A stretch of 64,000 nt of DNA from a virus, in the IMG/VR virus record IMGVR_UViG_3300008050_000038, positions 4,268 to 68,267 of that record. The stretch is one strand, 5' to 3'. Made by a program: the position numbers and the translations under genes. Positions 50,212 to 59,488 of this stretch are shown here, piece after piece; within the stretch, counting starts at the first letter, position 1; each line of letters starts with the position of its first letter. The notes under the pieces were generated by a model. That model did no database searches and was not told where the DNA came from. It saw only the letters and a program-made list of their open reading frames with translations.

Positions 50212-50240
50212 ATTATGATGGCCAGATAACAATACACATA

Positions 50241-50648
50241 TTATTCTCTTTCCATTGACATTTTCAATAGAAGTAAATAACCAATAACATCATCTACTGT
50301 ATCTTCTGTTTCATCATTAATACCTCTATTAGCTATCCTAGCTAATTTATCATCTATACGCGCACATATAGCTTCAGTTGAATCAAGCTTACTAAATACA
50401 TTTGTAGGATTGAGCGCCGTGTTGCCGTACGCTGCATTCTTTTCTTTAAGTAAATTAGTAATTCTTCCAACTACTTTGTCTAAATGCCACTCAAACTTAG
50501 GATTTTTAAGCCTTCCCTCATTAGGATCTTTATTTCTGTCAACATCCCAATAATATTTATTGTGTGTTGAATTCATACTATAAGGAGTATCAAACTCAAG
50601 TCCTTCTGGCACAGACATAGTTACTGTCTTATCTTTCTTTTTTGTCAT
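50241..50648 (-). CDS. DUF1599 / nucleotide-modification-associated (all-alpha NTP-PPase-like) protein
   Basis: KNAAYGN...RIDDKLARI...EDTVDDVIGYLLL motif. Confidence 0.75.
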   Translation of the reverse strand: MTKKKDKTVTMSVPEGLEFDTPYSMNSTHNKYYWDVDRNKDPNEGRLKNPKFEWHLDKVVGRITNLLKEKNAAYGNTALNPTNVFSKLDSTEAICARIDDKLARIANRGINDETEDTVDDVIGYLLLLKMSMERE

Positions 50649-51388
50649 AAGTAATAATCTAAATTTAATGTTTCTGTTTCTATATTTATAATGCTAAGTA
50701 ATTCTGAGTTCTCAGGTATTTCAGCACCAAGTTTACGTTCTAATTGCTTTTTCCTTTCATCTGCTTTAAACAATATTCTAGACAAAGTAGAATCTACTCC
50801 CATATCATGGAAATCTAAAATTTTAAGTTTATAGTCATCTTCTAATTTAGAATATTTACCTTCTTTAAAATACTTAAAATTTAAAGTATGTCTTTCTGGT
50901 ACATCAAACATATAAACTGTATGTTGTGGATCAGCATCAAAAGCTCTTACAAATGTAGGAAACTTTCTTAAAGCTAAATCAAATTTTGCAAATATAGGAT
51001 CAGAAGACCACCTGTATAAAAGTACAATATGATCTTCTAATTCAGCATAATTTATAAAAGCATTAATTAAGTTACTCTCGTAAAGAAATAAGTTTTTATC
51101 CCCACTTAACATAGGTAAAACAAAAATAGATGATTTTGTTCTTTCTGCAGTCTTTAGATGATATACTAAAGCATTGCCATCTTTTACTTTCTCTATTATG
51201 TTTATTTTATACGGGTCACCTTTAATCTTAAGTCTATCTCCTACAGCAATAAAAGTATTATCTGGCATAGCTAATGAAACTATAGTAGTGTCTTTATATT
51301 GAGGAGTTATACTTAACGTTCCTCCACTTATTATAAAGTATAAGGGGGCAACCGGATTATATATGACTTCTTTACATTTTATACCCAT
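50645..51388 (-). CDS. Hypothetical protein
   Basis: 247-aa ORF overlapping both neighbours; YFKEGKYSKL motif. Confidence 0.6.
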   Translation of the reverse strand: MGIKCKEVIYNPVAPLYFIISGGTLSITPQYKDTTIVSLAMPDNTFIAVGDRLKIKGDPYKINIIEKVKDGNALVYHLKTAERTKSSIFVLPMLSGDKNLFLYESNLINAFINYAELEDHIVLLYRWSSDPIFAKFDLALRKFPTFVRAFDADPQHTVYMFDVPERHTLNFKYFKEGKYSKLEDDYKLKILDFHDMGVDSTLSRILFKADERKKQLERKLGAEIPENSELLSIINIETETLNLDYYL

Positions 51389-52125
51389 TCTTCGTCGCTG
51401 TGAGATTTAACTTCGTATATTTTTAATTCGTCTAAAACTAAACCTGTTTCTCTAAGGACGTCATCATTAGTTTTTAGCATGTAAACAAGCTTAAACGTTT
51501 CAGCAAATTTACTAATTCCTACCGCCTGACCAAAGAATTCTATGTATTTTTCTAAAACAAAAGTTGGCATTTCATTAGGAATTAATGATTCTAACCATTT
51601 ATCTGCTGTTTTTGGGCCCACTTTAGGTATACCAATAATACCATCTGTACTATCTCCCATCAGCATTTGTTTCCATAAAAATGTTAAAGCTTGGTTCTCG
51701 TCTACTATAATAGTTTCAGCTTTTCCATAATTATAATGTATTCCTTTATTCTGATACAACACATCTTTATCAGGACTACATATTACTGTCCTTAAGGGAT
51801 CATGAAACACAGAAACTAAATCATCAGCCTCCAACTCAGGGACTGATATAAACCCCCACTCCTGTCTTAAGTATTCTTTGATTGCAGGAAATATAATAGG
51901 TTTATCATTATACTTTCTATTACCCTTATAAGGTCTACTTTTAGCTACATCATACCTAAAACATTTTCCTGATGTTAAAAATCCGGCATATTTTCTAGCC
52001 TTTGTCATTTCAAACATCTGGTTTATCCTGCTATCTATACTTAATAATGCCTCTTCTAAGGTTGGCTTACCCATCTCGTAGTAAATGAGACTATCTCCAT
52101 CTATTAGTGCTACTGTTTCTTTCAT
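51379..52125 (-). CDS. 5'-3' exonuclease (T7 gp6/PolI-N-like)
   Basis: ALIDGDSL, YKGNR, LEADDL, SPDKD and the GDSTDGIIGIPKVGPKTA H3TH motif. I moved the start to ATG 52125 (A-rich leader) from the track's 52152. Confidence 0.9.
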   Translation of the reverse strand: MKETVALIDGDSLIYYEMGKPTLEEALLSIDSRINQMFEMTKARKYAGFLTSGKCFRYDVAKSRPYKGNRKYNDKPIIFPAIKEYLRQEWGFISVPELEADDLVSVFHDPLRTVICSPDKDVLYQNKGIHYNYGKAETIIVDENQALTFLWKQMLMGDSTDGIIGIPKVGPKTADKWLESLIPNEMPTFVLEKYIEFFGQAVGISKFAETFKLVYMLKTNDDVLRETGLVLDELKIYEVKSHSDEEWV

Positions 52126-52149
52126 ATTTTTAATTTTTATTAGGTTAAA

Positions 52150-52226
52150 CATATAAGGGAGGTGCCCAGTTTACCGGTCTGCCTCTTATGTGCAGCTTAT
52201 TCGTTAGGGTCCTCCTCCCATATATG
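52150..52226 (-). ncRNA. Candidate structured cis-regulatory RNA/ncRNA
   Basis: GC-rich intergenic island. A 12/13-bp closing stem (CATATAAGGGAGG / CCTCCCATATATG) encloses two short hairpins. No known family recognised. Confidence 0.4.
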
Positions 52227-52267
52227 CATCAATTAAACATGAATTGCACACAAACAACTCTTCTCAG

Positions 52268-53302
52268 TTAGTCTTGCATGTACTTCCTGTATTCAGGTTT
52301 AACTTGAACTTTAAATGTATACAATTCCCTGTTATGGATTTGTATCTCTTGTCTACATAATACTTCTAGTGCTCTGAAACACTTTGAGTCTAGCATATCT
52401 TTTTCTTCAAAATATTTAATTGCATTCTCAGCGTTACAACGCGATAATCTATCTATATCATGTTTTTCCATCCAATATAGGACATCTTTATTTCTGTTAT
52501 AATGATATGCTTTACTTTGTAAGAAGTCAGCATATTCATATAATAAAAAAGGTTGTCCTGTTGGATCAATAGTAGGTATTATTTTACCTGCCATTGCATA
52601 TTCTTCCTCAGAAGCGGTATAACTCTCAATCATCTTTTTAATATCTTCCATTAACTCTTTAGTCATAGGAACTCTATTAGCAGATTGATTAAGAATAGTA
52701 TCTGTTTCAATAACTTCTAAATCTCCATCTTCAACCGCTTTTGCTAAAGCTAAAGACATGTTACTAAAAACATAAGAATCATAAGGAGCACTAACATAAT
52801 CTATATTATGTTGATAAAGGTCTCCTAGAGATCTTTTATCTAAGATAACATCATTACCATGCTCTTTATGATAAGCTGTAACTACCGGTCTATGGTCATT
52901 ACAATAATACCCATTAGTAAGTTTAAACATCATCCTAGTCTGAGCAAAATTATCTACACTCAAATAAGAATCATAAAAATTAGTATGAGGAATAATAAAA
53001 TCAGCTTTTTCATAATCATTAGTAACAGTAATTTTATGTTCTTTAAGGGCTGATTTTAACCTATCAGTTGATACATTATGCATAGGTAAAACAAAAGCTC
53101 TTTTAACCTGTGTTAAATCAGAAGTTGTTTCTGTAGTTAAAAGTTCTTTTATCTTATTATATTGTGATTTAGATTCAGATAAATTTGTATTTTCTATATC
53201 TAAATTAGACATCATTAGGCCTACTGTAACCATGTCTGTAAATCCCAAGTCATCTATTAACTCGGGACTTATTTCACTGTGGTGTATATTTTTACTTGCC
53301 AT
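52268..53302 (-). CDS. Hypothetical protein co-encoded with MoxR/vWA, possible BRCT-like domain
   Basis: 344 aa; AFVLPMHNVSTDRLKSALKEHKITVTNDYEKADFII resembles a BRCT core. Confidence 0.55.
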   Translation of the reverse strand: MASKNIHHSEISPELIDDLGFTDMVTVGLMMSNLDIENTNLSESKSQYNKIKELLTTETTSDLTQVKRAFVLPMHNVSTDRLKSALKEHKITVTNDYEKADFIIPHTNFYDSYLSVDNFAQTRMMFKLTNGYYCNDHRPVVTAYHKEHGNDVILDKRSLGDLYQHNIDYVSAPYDSYVFSNMSLALAKAVEDGDLEVIETDTILNQSANRVPMTKELMEDIKKMIESYTASEEEYAMAGKIIPTIDPTGQPFLLYEYADFLQSKAYHYNRNKDVLYWMEKHDIDRLSRCNAENAIKYFEEKDMLDSKCFRALEVLCRQEIQIHNRELYTFKVQVKPEYRKYMQD

Positions 53303-53303
53303 A

Positions 53304-54482
53304 TTATTTAATTGTCATCTTAATGATAGCTGGATTCATCATCATTTTGTTAAACTTCTGTTTATTTCCTGTATATATAGTTCTAACTACTAGATACTTT
53401 AAATCGTCAGTAAAATAGCTTCCCGTGCACAGGTTAACAAGACGCTCTTGCATTTTTGGTGTTACAGTGTCTGTTTTTGAATATGCAACAGAGAAATTAG
53501 CTATACGAGTAGCTAAAAGACTAGCTATATCAGCTCTGTAATTATCACCAGATCCTATACACTCTCTTAACTCTGGTAGTACCGCTTTTGCTTCACCAAG
53601 AACTATTTCTTTAGGTGTAACTAGTTTATCAAGCTTATTATTAATAAACGTCGTAAACATAGAAGCAAACTCATTACCTGTTGAACCCTCACCAATCATT
53701 TGAATTAATGGTAATTGGTCTTCAAAGCTTTTTATACTAGATATACTGTTAAAGAACGTTGATATAGAACGCGCATTAGTTTCTTGAGTCACTAATTCAG
53801 GATGCATAAGTAAAAAGTTAATACATCTAGTGTCTATATCGTTTTCTTCCGCCCAACGGGCCCACACATCTACATCAAACTTTAAGTTAGCTGTAATGTA
53901 ACGAGTCTTTTGCGCTGCGTCAACAGAGTTTACCATGTAATCACCATTGTCTGGATTAGCAGTTAATATAATATGCCAATCTTCAGGAAGGGACCACGAG
54001 ATATAAGTTTGTCTATCTACTAGCTCCATACAAGCTTGAATAAATCTTGTATCTGCACGGTTCCAGTCATCTAGTAATAGTACACCGCCTTTCTTTTTAT
54101 CAGCAATCCACTCAGGAGCACTGTAAGACATTCTACTTTTACCAGTAGTTTGAAAACCTAGTTTAGAGTGATCGTTAACTGCTACTTCATCTACCCATTT
54201 ACCTATCTTTTTACCTTCTTTAGTAGTCCACATTTGAAATTGTTTAATAGGAAAACCTACTAAGTCACCTAGCTCTTCTATCTGAGCTAAATTAAGCTTT
54301 ACAAAGTCAAGACCGTGTTTAAGTGTCATGTCCATAATACTGGTAGTTTTACCAATACCAGATTCACCTACTACTTCTATAGCAACAGGTTTTTTACCTT
54401 CACTCTGTAAGTGACGATTGTTTACAATAATGTGCCCTACAAAATCATGTAGTTCATCAATATTTAAATTTACTTCGTTCAT
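53304..54482 (-). CDS. MoxR-like AAA+ ATPase
   Basis: Walker A GESGIGKT, Walker B LLLDDWNRA, ILTANP and DAAQKTR. Confidence 0.9.
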   Translation of the reverse strand: MNEVNLNIDELHDFVGHIIVNNRHLQSEGKKPVAIEVVGESGIGKTTSIMDMTLKHGLDFVKLNLAQIEELGDLVGFPIKQFQMWTTKEGKKIGKWVDEVAVNDHSKLGFQTTGKSRMSYSAPEWIADKKKGGVLLLDDWNRADTRFIQACMELVDRQTYISWSLPEDWHIILTANPDNGDYMVNSVDAAQKTRYITANLKFDVDVWARWAEENDIDTRCINFLLMHPELVTQETNARSISTFFNSISSIKSFEDQLPLIQMIGEGSTGNEFASMFTTFINNKLDKLVTPKEIVLGEAKAVLPELRECIGSGDNYRADIASLLATRIANFSVAYSKTDTVTPKMQERLVNLCTGSYFTDDLKYLVVRTIYTGNKQKFNKMMMNPAIIKMTIK

Positions 54483-54502
54483 AATTTATTTTATTTAATT
54501 GA

Positions 54503-55675
54503 TTAATTTAATTGAATTTTAATTCCAGGTAACTCTTCGTTAATCCTAGATTTACTGCTGTGTACCCATAATGCATTCTTAGGGCAGTCTTTTGGGTTCT
54601 CCGCCTCTCCATCTGTTAGACATATAAACCCTGAGTATCTATTTTTAGGGTCATTGTAATGATCTACCACCGGCTGAAAGAATGTACCGCCTCTACCTTT
54701 AATTTCCCAATTTTTCTTAGGATCAAAAGGCGATACATCTGTAATTTGTGTATCAAATTGTGCTACAGTTATTTGATTACCGGTTTTATGCATATGAGCT
54801 AACTCATGCATAAATTCTACTAGCTCTTCACTACTAACAGATCCTGAAGTATCAACGCCTACAAGCACGTGATTCCTACGTTTAATTTTAAGACCTGGAT
54901 TTCCTGAATAACGCTTATTATTTTTACGTCTAAGTTTTTTAGTATATACTATAGATGAGTTGTTAACATAGCGTTTAAGAAAAGATTTCCAATTGAATTT
55001 AGGAGGTTGTAGATTAAATAACTTTTCAATTATCTCTGCTAGCTCCCCCGGTATATCTCCACATTGCTTTTGAATCTCTTCAGCTGTAGTTTTCATCTGA
55101 TGTTCATATTGCTTTTGAACTAGTTTCTTCTCAGCTTCAGGAAGATCTGTAACTTCTTCCCATTCTTTATGATCATATTGACTGTTACCGTCCATTTGAT
55201 CTAGAACTCCTTGAAGTCCTGGATTACTTGAATTACCATTTTCATCGCATTCTTGATTAAGTATGTCATAATAGACTTTAGTACCTGCTTTCTCTGGTAA
55301 ATATATACCCGGGAAAGAGTTTCTCTTCAAGCCACCTGGCGGAAGCATATGCTCAGCAATATATTGGTTGATTTCTATATCTGCCGCAATATTAAAAAGC
55401 TTTTTATTAGGGTATCTATCTGCCAGTATAATATGTCCAAAAGCTATATGTAATAGCTCATGTTTTAGCAAGCCGTGTTGATGGTGTTCACTTAATTCTG
55501 AGAAAAAGACTGGATTTATAACTAGTCTCATCCCAATGCCGTGTTTTCCTACACCAGCTGTAGCACACTTCTCAGTAAACTCTTTTTGAAGTCCAATAAG
55601 AAATATGCCATAAAAAGGCTCGGAGAATATCAATGTTTTTGATACTCTCGCAAGTTGTTCGTGTGTTGTTCTCAT
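54503..55675 (-). CDS. DUF2201-type metallopeptidase + vWA domain protein
   Basis: HELLH and NIAADIEIN; MIDAS VDTSGS; GRGGT.F and LTDG. Confidence 0.9.
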   Translation of the reverse strand: MRTTHEQLARVSKTLIFSEPFYGIFLIGLQKEFTEKCATAGVGKHGIGMRLVINPVFFSELSEHHQHGLLKHELLHIAFGHIILADRYPNKKLFNIAADIEINQYIAEHMLPPGGLKRNSFPGIYLPEKAGTKVYYDILNQECDENGNSSNPGLQGVLDQMDGNSQYDHKEWEEVTDLPEAEKKLVQKQYEHQMKTTAEEIQKQCGDIPGELAEIIEKLFNLQPPKFNWKSFLKRYVNNSSIVYTKKLRRKNNKRYSGNPGLKIKRRNHVLVGVDTSGSVSSEELVEFMHELAHMHKTGNQITVAQFDTQITDVSPFDPKKNWEIKGRGGTFFQPVVDHYNDPKNRYSGFICLTDGEAENPKDCPKNALWVHSSKSRINEELPGIKIQLN

Positions 55676-55683
55676 GTTTTAAT

Positions 55684-56538
55684 TTAAAATATATACCGTA
55701 TTGTATTCCAAGGTATAATTGATTGATGTAATTCTTTAAACTGTCTTATATATTCTGATTTAGTACCAAGTTTGTATCTTACATTTTCTCCACCATATTG
55801 TGATTGTTTAACTTCTTGCTTGTCAAGCACCCACAAATCTATTTCTGTCTTAGGGTGATTTTGTAAGTTTGCAACATGCTTCTTAAAGTTGTGTGTAAGA
55901 AAAATACATTCTGATAATACTTGATCTTTATATTCTACATAGTCATTCATCATGCTAAACAGATTTTTATAATCTTCTAGCCATCCATCATATACTATAA
56001 TGGGGCTATAATTAACATGTACATCATAACCAGCATCTATAAATGCATCAATAGCTTTTATTCTATCAATAATTTTAGATGTGCTAGGTTCGTGTAAGTC
56101 TGATTTATGTTGGGGCATTAAACTAAATCTAATACGTATTTTACCTTGAGGGTCAAATGACGTAAGATTTGGATTAACGTACTTTGTTGCAAAACTACCC
56201 ATTGCAATGGGATGATCTCGAAAAAATTTAAATATCTTTTCCCACTCGTGGTGTTTAGCATGCAGAGCAAAGTCTTCATTACAACTAATATCATATGTTG
56301 TAAATTCTGGGTGTGTTTGATTAGGTTTATCTACAGGTGTAAAAAAAGCATGGTTATTTATAGCTGTTAGTATATCTCCTGTGTTAGTTGCTACATCAAG
56401 ACCTTTATCTTTGTGTCTTTTCATATAGCAATAAGAACAGTTGTATAAACAGCCGTAACCAAAGCTTGGTGATATAAAATCTGTAGATCTACCGGAATGC
56501 CTGATAAGCATAGATTTCCTGGTGATCTTTTTTATCAT
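55684..56538 (-). CDS. splB: Spore photoproduct lyase-like radical SAM protein
   Basis: GCLYNCSYCY (CxxxCxxC) plus SplB-family motifs SFATKYVN, IRIRFSLMP, RIKAI...AGY.V..NYSPII and K...YGG..RY. Confidence 0.8.
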   Translation of the reverse strand: MIKKITRKSMLIRHSGRSTDFISPSFGYGCLYNCSYCYMKRHKDKGLDVATNTGDILTAINNHAFFTPVDKPNQTHPEFTTYDISCNEDFALHAKHHEWEKIFKFFRDHPIAMGSFATKYVNPNLTSFDPQGKIRIRFSLMPQHKSDLHEPSTSKIIDRIKAIDAFIDAGYDVHVNYSPIIVYDGWLEDYKNLFSMMNDYVEYKDQVLSECIFLTHNFKKHVANLQNHPKTEIDLWVLDKQEVKQSQYGGENVRYKLGTKSEYIRQFKELHQSIIPWNTIRYIF

Positions 56539-56798
56539 AATCCTAAATCTCTACGTTCATCTGCACGGTCCTCTGCAATAGCATCAAGTCTTTGATTTTT
56601 ATATTCATAATCCTCAAGAGGCTCTTCAAAGAAATCATCACAGTTTTCACATACATATCCTTCTAAAGGTTCTGCATGATCTAAGCATTTTTTATCTTGA
56701 CATATGCCATTTATTATTGGTGCATCACAACAATAGCTAGGGCCTTCATCATTATCTGTGTATTCTGCCCCACAGCAGGGACTTACCATGTATGTCAT
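56535..56798 (-). CDS. Small Zn-finger-like acidic protein
   Basis: 87 aa; SPCCGA / SYCCDA tandem, ICQDKKCLDH and CENC. Confidence 0.65.
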   Translation of the reverse strand: MTYMVSPCCGAEYTDNDEGPSYCCDAPIINGICQDKKCLDHAEPLEGYVCENCDDFFEEPLEDYEYKNQRLDAIAEDRADERRDLGL

Positions 56799-56822
56799 AG
56801 TTTAATTGTTTAATTGATTAGT

Positions 56823-56902
56823 AAAAAAGGAAAGAGGGGATTAACTTAGACATTCATCTTAGTAACCATGATACTAAGTATATCTAAGAAAATTGCCCCT
56901 CT
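56823..56902 (-). terminator. Long interrupted hairpin with U-tract (terminator or processing site)
   Basis: Nested inverted repeats AGAGGGG/CCCCTCT, CTTAGA/TCTAAG and CTTAGTA/TACTAAG, followed on the - strand by TTCCTTTTTT. Confidence 0.6.
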
Positions 56903-56905
56903 AAC

Positions 56906-57352
56906 CTATAGTTGTGTGATAAGCTCAACAACCTCATCTACTTGCTTCTTATTCCTTGGCATAAAAAGCACGTATTGATGGCCGCTGTCTTTCAAGTGTT
57001 TTTTAAATAACTTCCATCTTAATGGAAAAGACTCATTAGCATATCCTTTTGTTTCTATAATCCATTTATTTTTAGGATCTACAAAATCAGGAGTATAAGT
57101 AATAGGTCTAATTTTACTTCCTTTGTTATAAAGTTTCTTAGTGGTTCCTTCATAGCAAGCTTGCGGGTACACTAAAGCGTCAAATATAGTAAAAGTTGTT
57201 TGTTCATATTCAACAGGTATTTTAAATTCTTCTAATTTTTTATAACAATATAACTCTAAATTAGATTGAAAATTATGCCCATCATATGTACTTTTCTTTG
57301 CATTTTTTACTTTCTTTTTCCCCGGTTTTTTAGCTTTCCTCTTCCACACCAT
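56906..57352 (-). CDS. PD-(D/E)xK endonuclease (T7 endonuclease I/DUF1064-like resolvase)
   Basis: FQSNLE...YTPDF...IIETKG motifs. Confidence 0.85.
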   Translation of the reverse strand: MVWKRKAKKPGKKKVKNAKKSTYDGHNFQSNLELYCYKKLEEFKIPVEYEQTTFTIFDALVYPQACYEGTTKKLYNKGSKIRPITYTPDFVDPKNKWIIETKGYANESFPLRWKLFKKHLKDSGHQYVLFMPRNKKQVDEVVELITQL

Positions 57353-58499
57353 AATTCATAACATTAGTTTGTAAATATCCTTCTAATCCTCTTTCCTTAT
57401 TCCATATAAATGCTTGTCCGCAGCGTAATGTACCTACATAACCTTGCGTTTTATGCCAAGCGTCATTTCCACAAATAGATGGTATAAATCTAACTTTAGT
57501 TCCCATGTACTCATTAAGCATTTCTTTATGCTTATGACCACAATGTACTTCCCTGACTTTACATCTACTCCACATCTCCGGTTGTTCAGTGGCAATCAAT
57601 AGCGGAAGCTCTTGCGCCTTTTCTTTATCTCCGTGAGTAAACATTATCATGTTAGTTCCATATTCATAGTATTTACGAGTATTTAAATCATTATCTATAT
57701 GTACATTTTTATTGTTATGATACATAGCATCTAAAACTTCTCCCACATAAAACATGCGTTCAAAGTCATGATTACCTTGTACAACTACAACATCTACAGG
57801 AGCAAACTGTGCTAAATAGTCAATTGACTTCATAACTAAATGCCAATAACCTCTAAAAGATTGTCTCCATAACAAGTGATCTTGTTGAGGAGTACCTTTA
57901 GTTGTAGCTCTTGAATAACCTTCAGAATTAAGACCGTCATTACCAACTGGTAATAAAAATCTATCTATTTCAATTCCATCTGCTTTTCTATGTAAATCTA
58001 CAATAGCTTTCATGTAATGATCTTCTATAGCTCCTGGACTATCATCTGTAATTTTACCATAATGTATATCTGGTAATGATATTTCATATAATACAGGATC
58101 TTTTGACTTTTTATATTTAATCTTTTTAACTTTATGTGAGTGAGATTTAATATAGTCTAATAATTCTTCCTTAACCTGGGGCTGTTCATGCCACTGATTA
58201 TGTGTTACTATACTATAACGTTGTTCACCATTAAAGTTTTGCCAAAATTTAACAGACTTTACATCTGCCATAGTTAAACCGTTATCTAATAAATGTTTTG
58301 TAAAAGCTTGACTTTCGCTAAGCTCGTGCCCATTATCATTATTCATTCTTTCTTGTACCCATTCTTCTGAAGTTACAAGTTTTTTACATTCTTTAATAAT
58401 TGCTGGATCTGTTTCCCATTTATTAGCTAACCAATCTACTCCTTTTTTTAAAAATCCTTTTTTTGTTCTTAATTTTTCAATAATTTCATCTCTGTTCAT
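57330..58499 (-). CDS. Calcineurin-like metallophosphoesterase
   Basis: DIHYG, GND, GNHD, FTHGD and GHKH motifs. Confidence 0.88.
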   Translation of the reverse strand: MNRDEIIEKLRTKKGFLKKGVDWLANKWETDPAIIKECKKLVTSEEWVQERMNNDNGHELSESQAFTKHLLDNGLTMADVKSVKFWQNFNGEQRYSIVTHNQWHEQPQVKEELLDYIKSHSHKVKKIKYKKSKDPVLYEISLPDIHYGKITDDSPGAIEDHYMKAIVDLHRKADGIEIDRFLLPVGNDGLNSEGYSRATTKGTPQQDHLLWRQSFRGYWHLVMKSIDYLAQFAPVDVVVVQGNHDFERMFYVGEVLDAMYHNNKNVHIDNDLNTRKYYEYGTNMIMFTHGDKEKAQELPLLIATEQPEMWSRCKVREVHCGHKHKEMLNEYMGTKVRFIPSICGNDAWHKTQGYVGTLRCGQAFIWNKERGLEGYLQTNVMNYGVEEES

Positions 58500-59488
58500 T
58501 CTAATATAATTTTTAATTCATTAAAACCGCCTACTCTACTAACTAGATCTGAAGGGTCTTTCGACTCAAATCCTTTAGGTAGACAGATATTTCTAAAACC
58601 ATATAAGTCACAAATCTTTTTAGCCATTAATTGGCCTGGATTAGTTTCTTTAGTAAAATCATTATCGTATAAAATTTCTATTTTATTGAATCTTGTATTT
58701 AGCTCACTTATTAATTTCTCACTAGGTATTTGCATTTCACTCTGCATAGCAATAGCATTGTAGCCAGCTGCATGTAAACACATAACATCTTTAAGAGATG
58801 AAGTAATGATAAGTCTCTCGCCTTTGTCAGGGAGTTGGTTATAGCCTTGCACATCATTTTTATTTGTATTGCTTAACCACTTATTTTTATCTTCGTAAGG
58901 AGAATGGATTTTATATCGATTTTTAAATTTAAAGGCGTAAGTAATTGATTTACAAGTAAATCTATTGCTATTAACCCAAAAATGACTTATTGGTTCGACT
59001 GCAAACTTAGTTAGTATTTTCTTACTGACCAAGTATTTAGACCAGAATTTAGCATCCTCTTTATTCCAAAGGCGACTTTTCTTCTGTATAATAGCCGCTT
59101 CTTTAGTAAAGGTTGGCACTTTATTTTGTCTATAGCCCATTATACCCATAGTAAATTGTTTACCAGATATATTAGAACATAAACCTAAATTAAAATCACA
59201 ATCTATTATTCGCAAAGCATCAATGAAAGAGCAATTATATTTATATTTGACATAATTAAAACAATCAAATACATGCTCAGCATTACCAAAGTCTTTATAT
59301 AGTAGTTTACCATTGTATGGTGTTATATATACAGTGGGAGATCTATCATCACGTAAGTCGCTACTAAATTTTTTACCTAACTCTTTAAATGTAGGGCAAT
59401 AATACATAAAAATGTCATACTCAGTAATTTTACCAAGTATGACATCTGTATGTAAGTGATCATTGCTGTTTCTGCTTTTTATAGCCAT
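58496..59488 (-). CDS. DNA primase (DnaG-like, TOPRIM)
   Basis: S.LRDDRSPT, YKDFG, IITSSLKDVMCL, LYDND and KDPSD. Confidence 0.88.
   Translation of the reverse strand: MAIKSRNSNDHLHTDVILGKITEYDIFMYYCPTFKELGKKFSSDLRDDRSPTVYITPYNGKLLYKDFGNAEHVFDCFNYVKYKYNCSFIDALRIIDCDFNLGLCSNISGKQFTMGIMGYRQNKVPTFTKEAAIIQKKSRLWNKEDAKFWSKYLVSKKILTKFAVEPISHFWVNSNRFTCKSITYAFKFKNRYKIHSPYEDKNKWLSNTNKNDVQGYNQLPDKGERLIITSSLKDVMCLHAAGYNAIAMQSEMQIPSEKLISELNTRFNKIEILYDNDFTKETNPGQLMAKKICDLYGFRNICLPKGFESKDPSDLVSRVGGFNELKIILE

Noticed and set aside
52126-52152. Track start (MFNLIKIKN) for the exonuclease
   Set aside because: The extension is an A-rich leader abutting the RNA structure. The domain begins at MKETVALIDGD (ATG 52125).
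52150-52226. tRNA or hammerhead ribozyme
   Set aside because: No TTCRA T-loop or cloverleaf spacing and no CUGAnGA/GAAA core on either strand. It is kept only as an unclassified structure.
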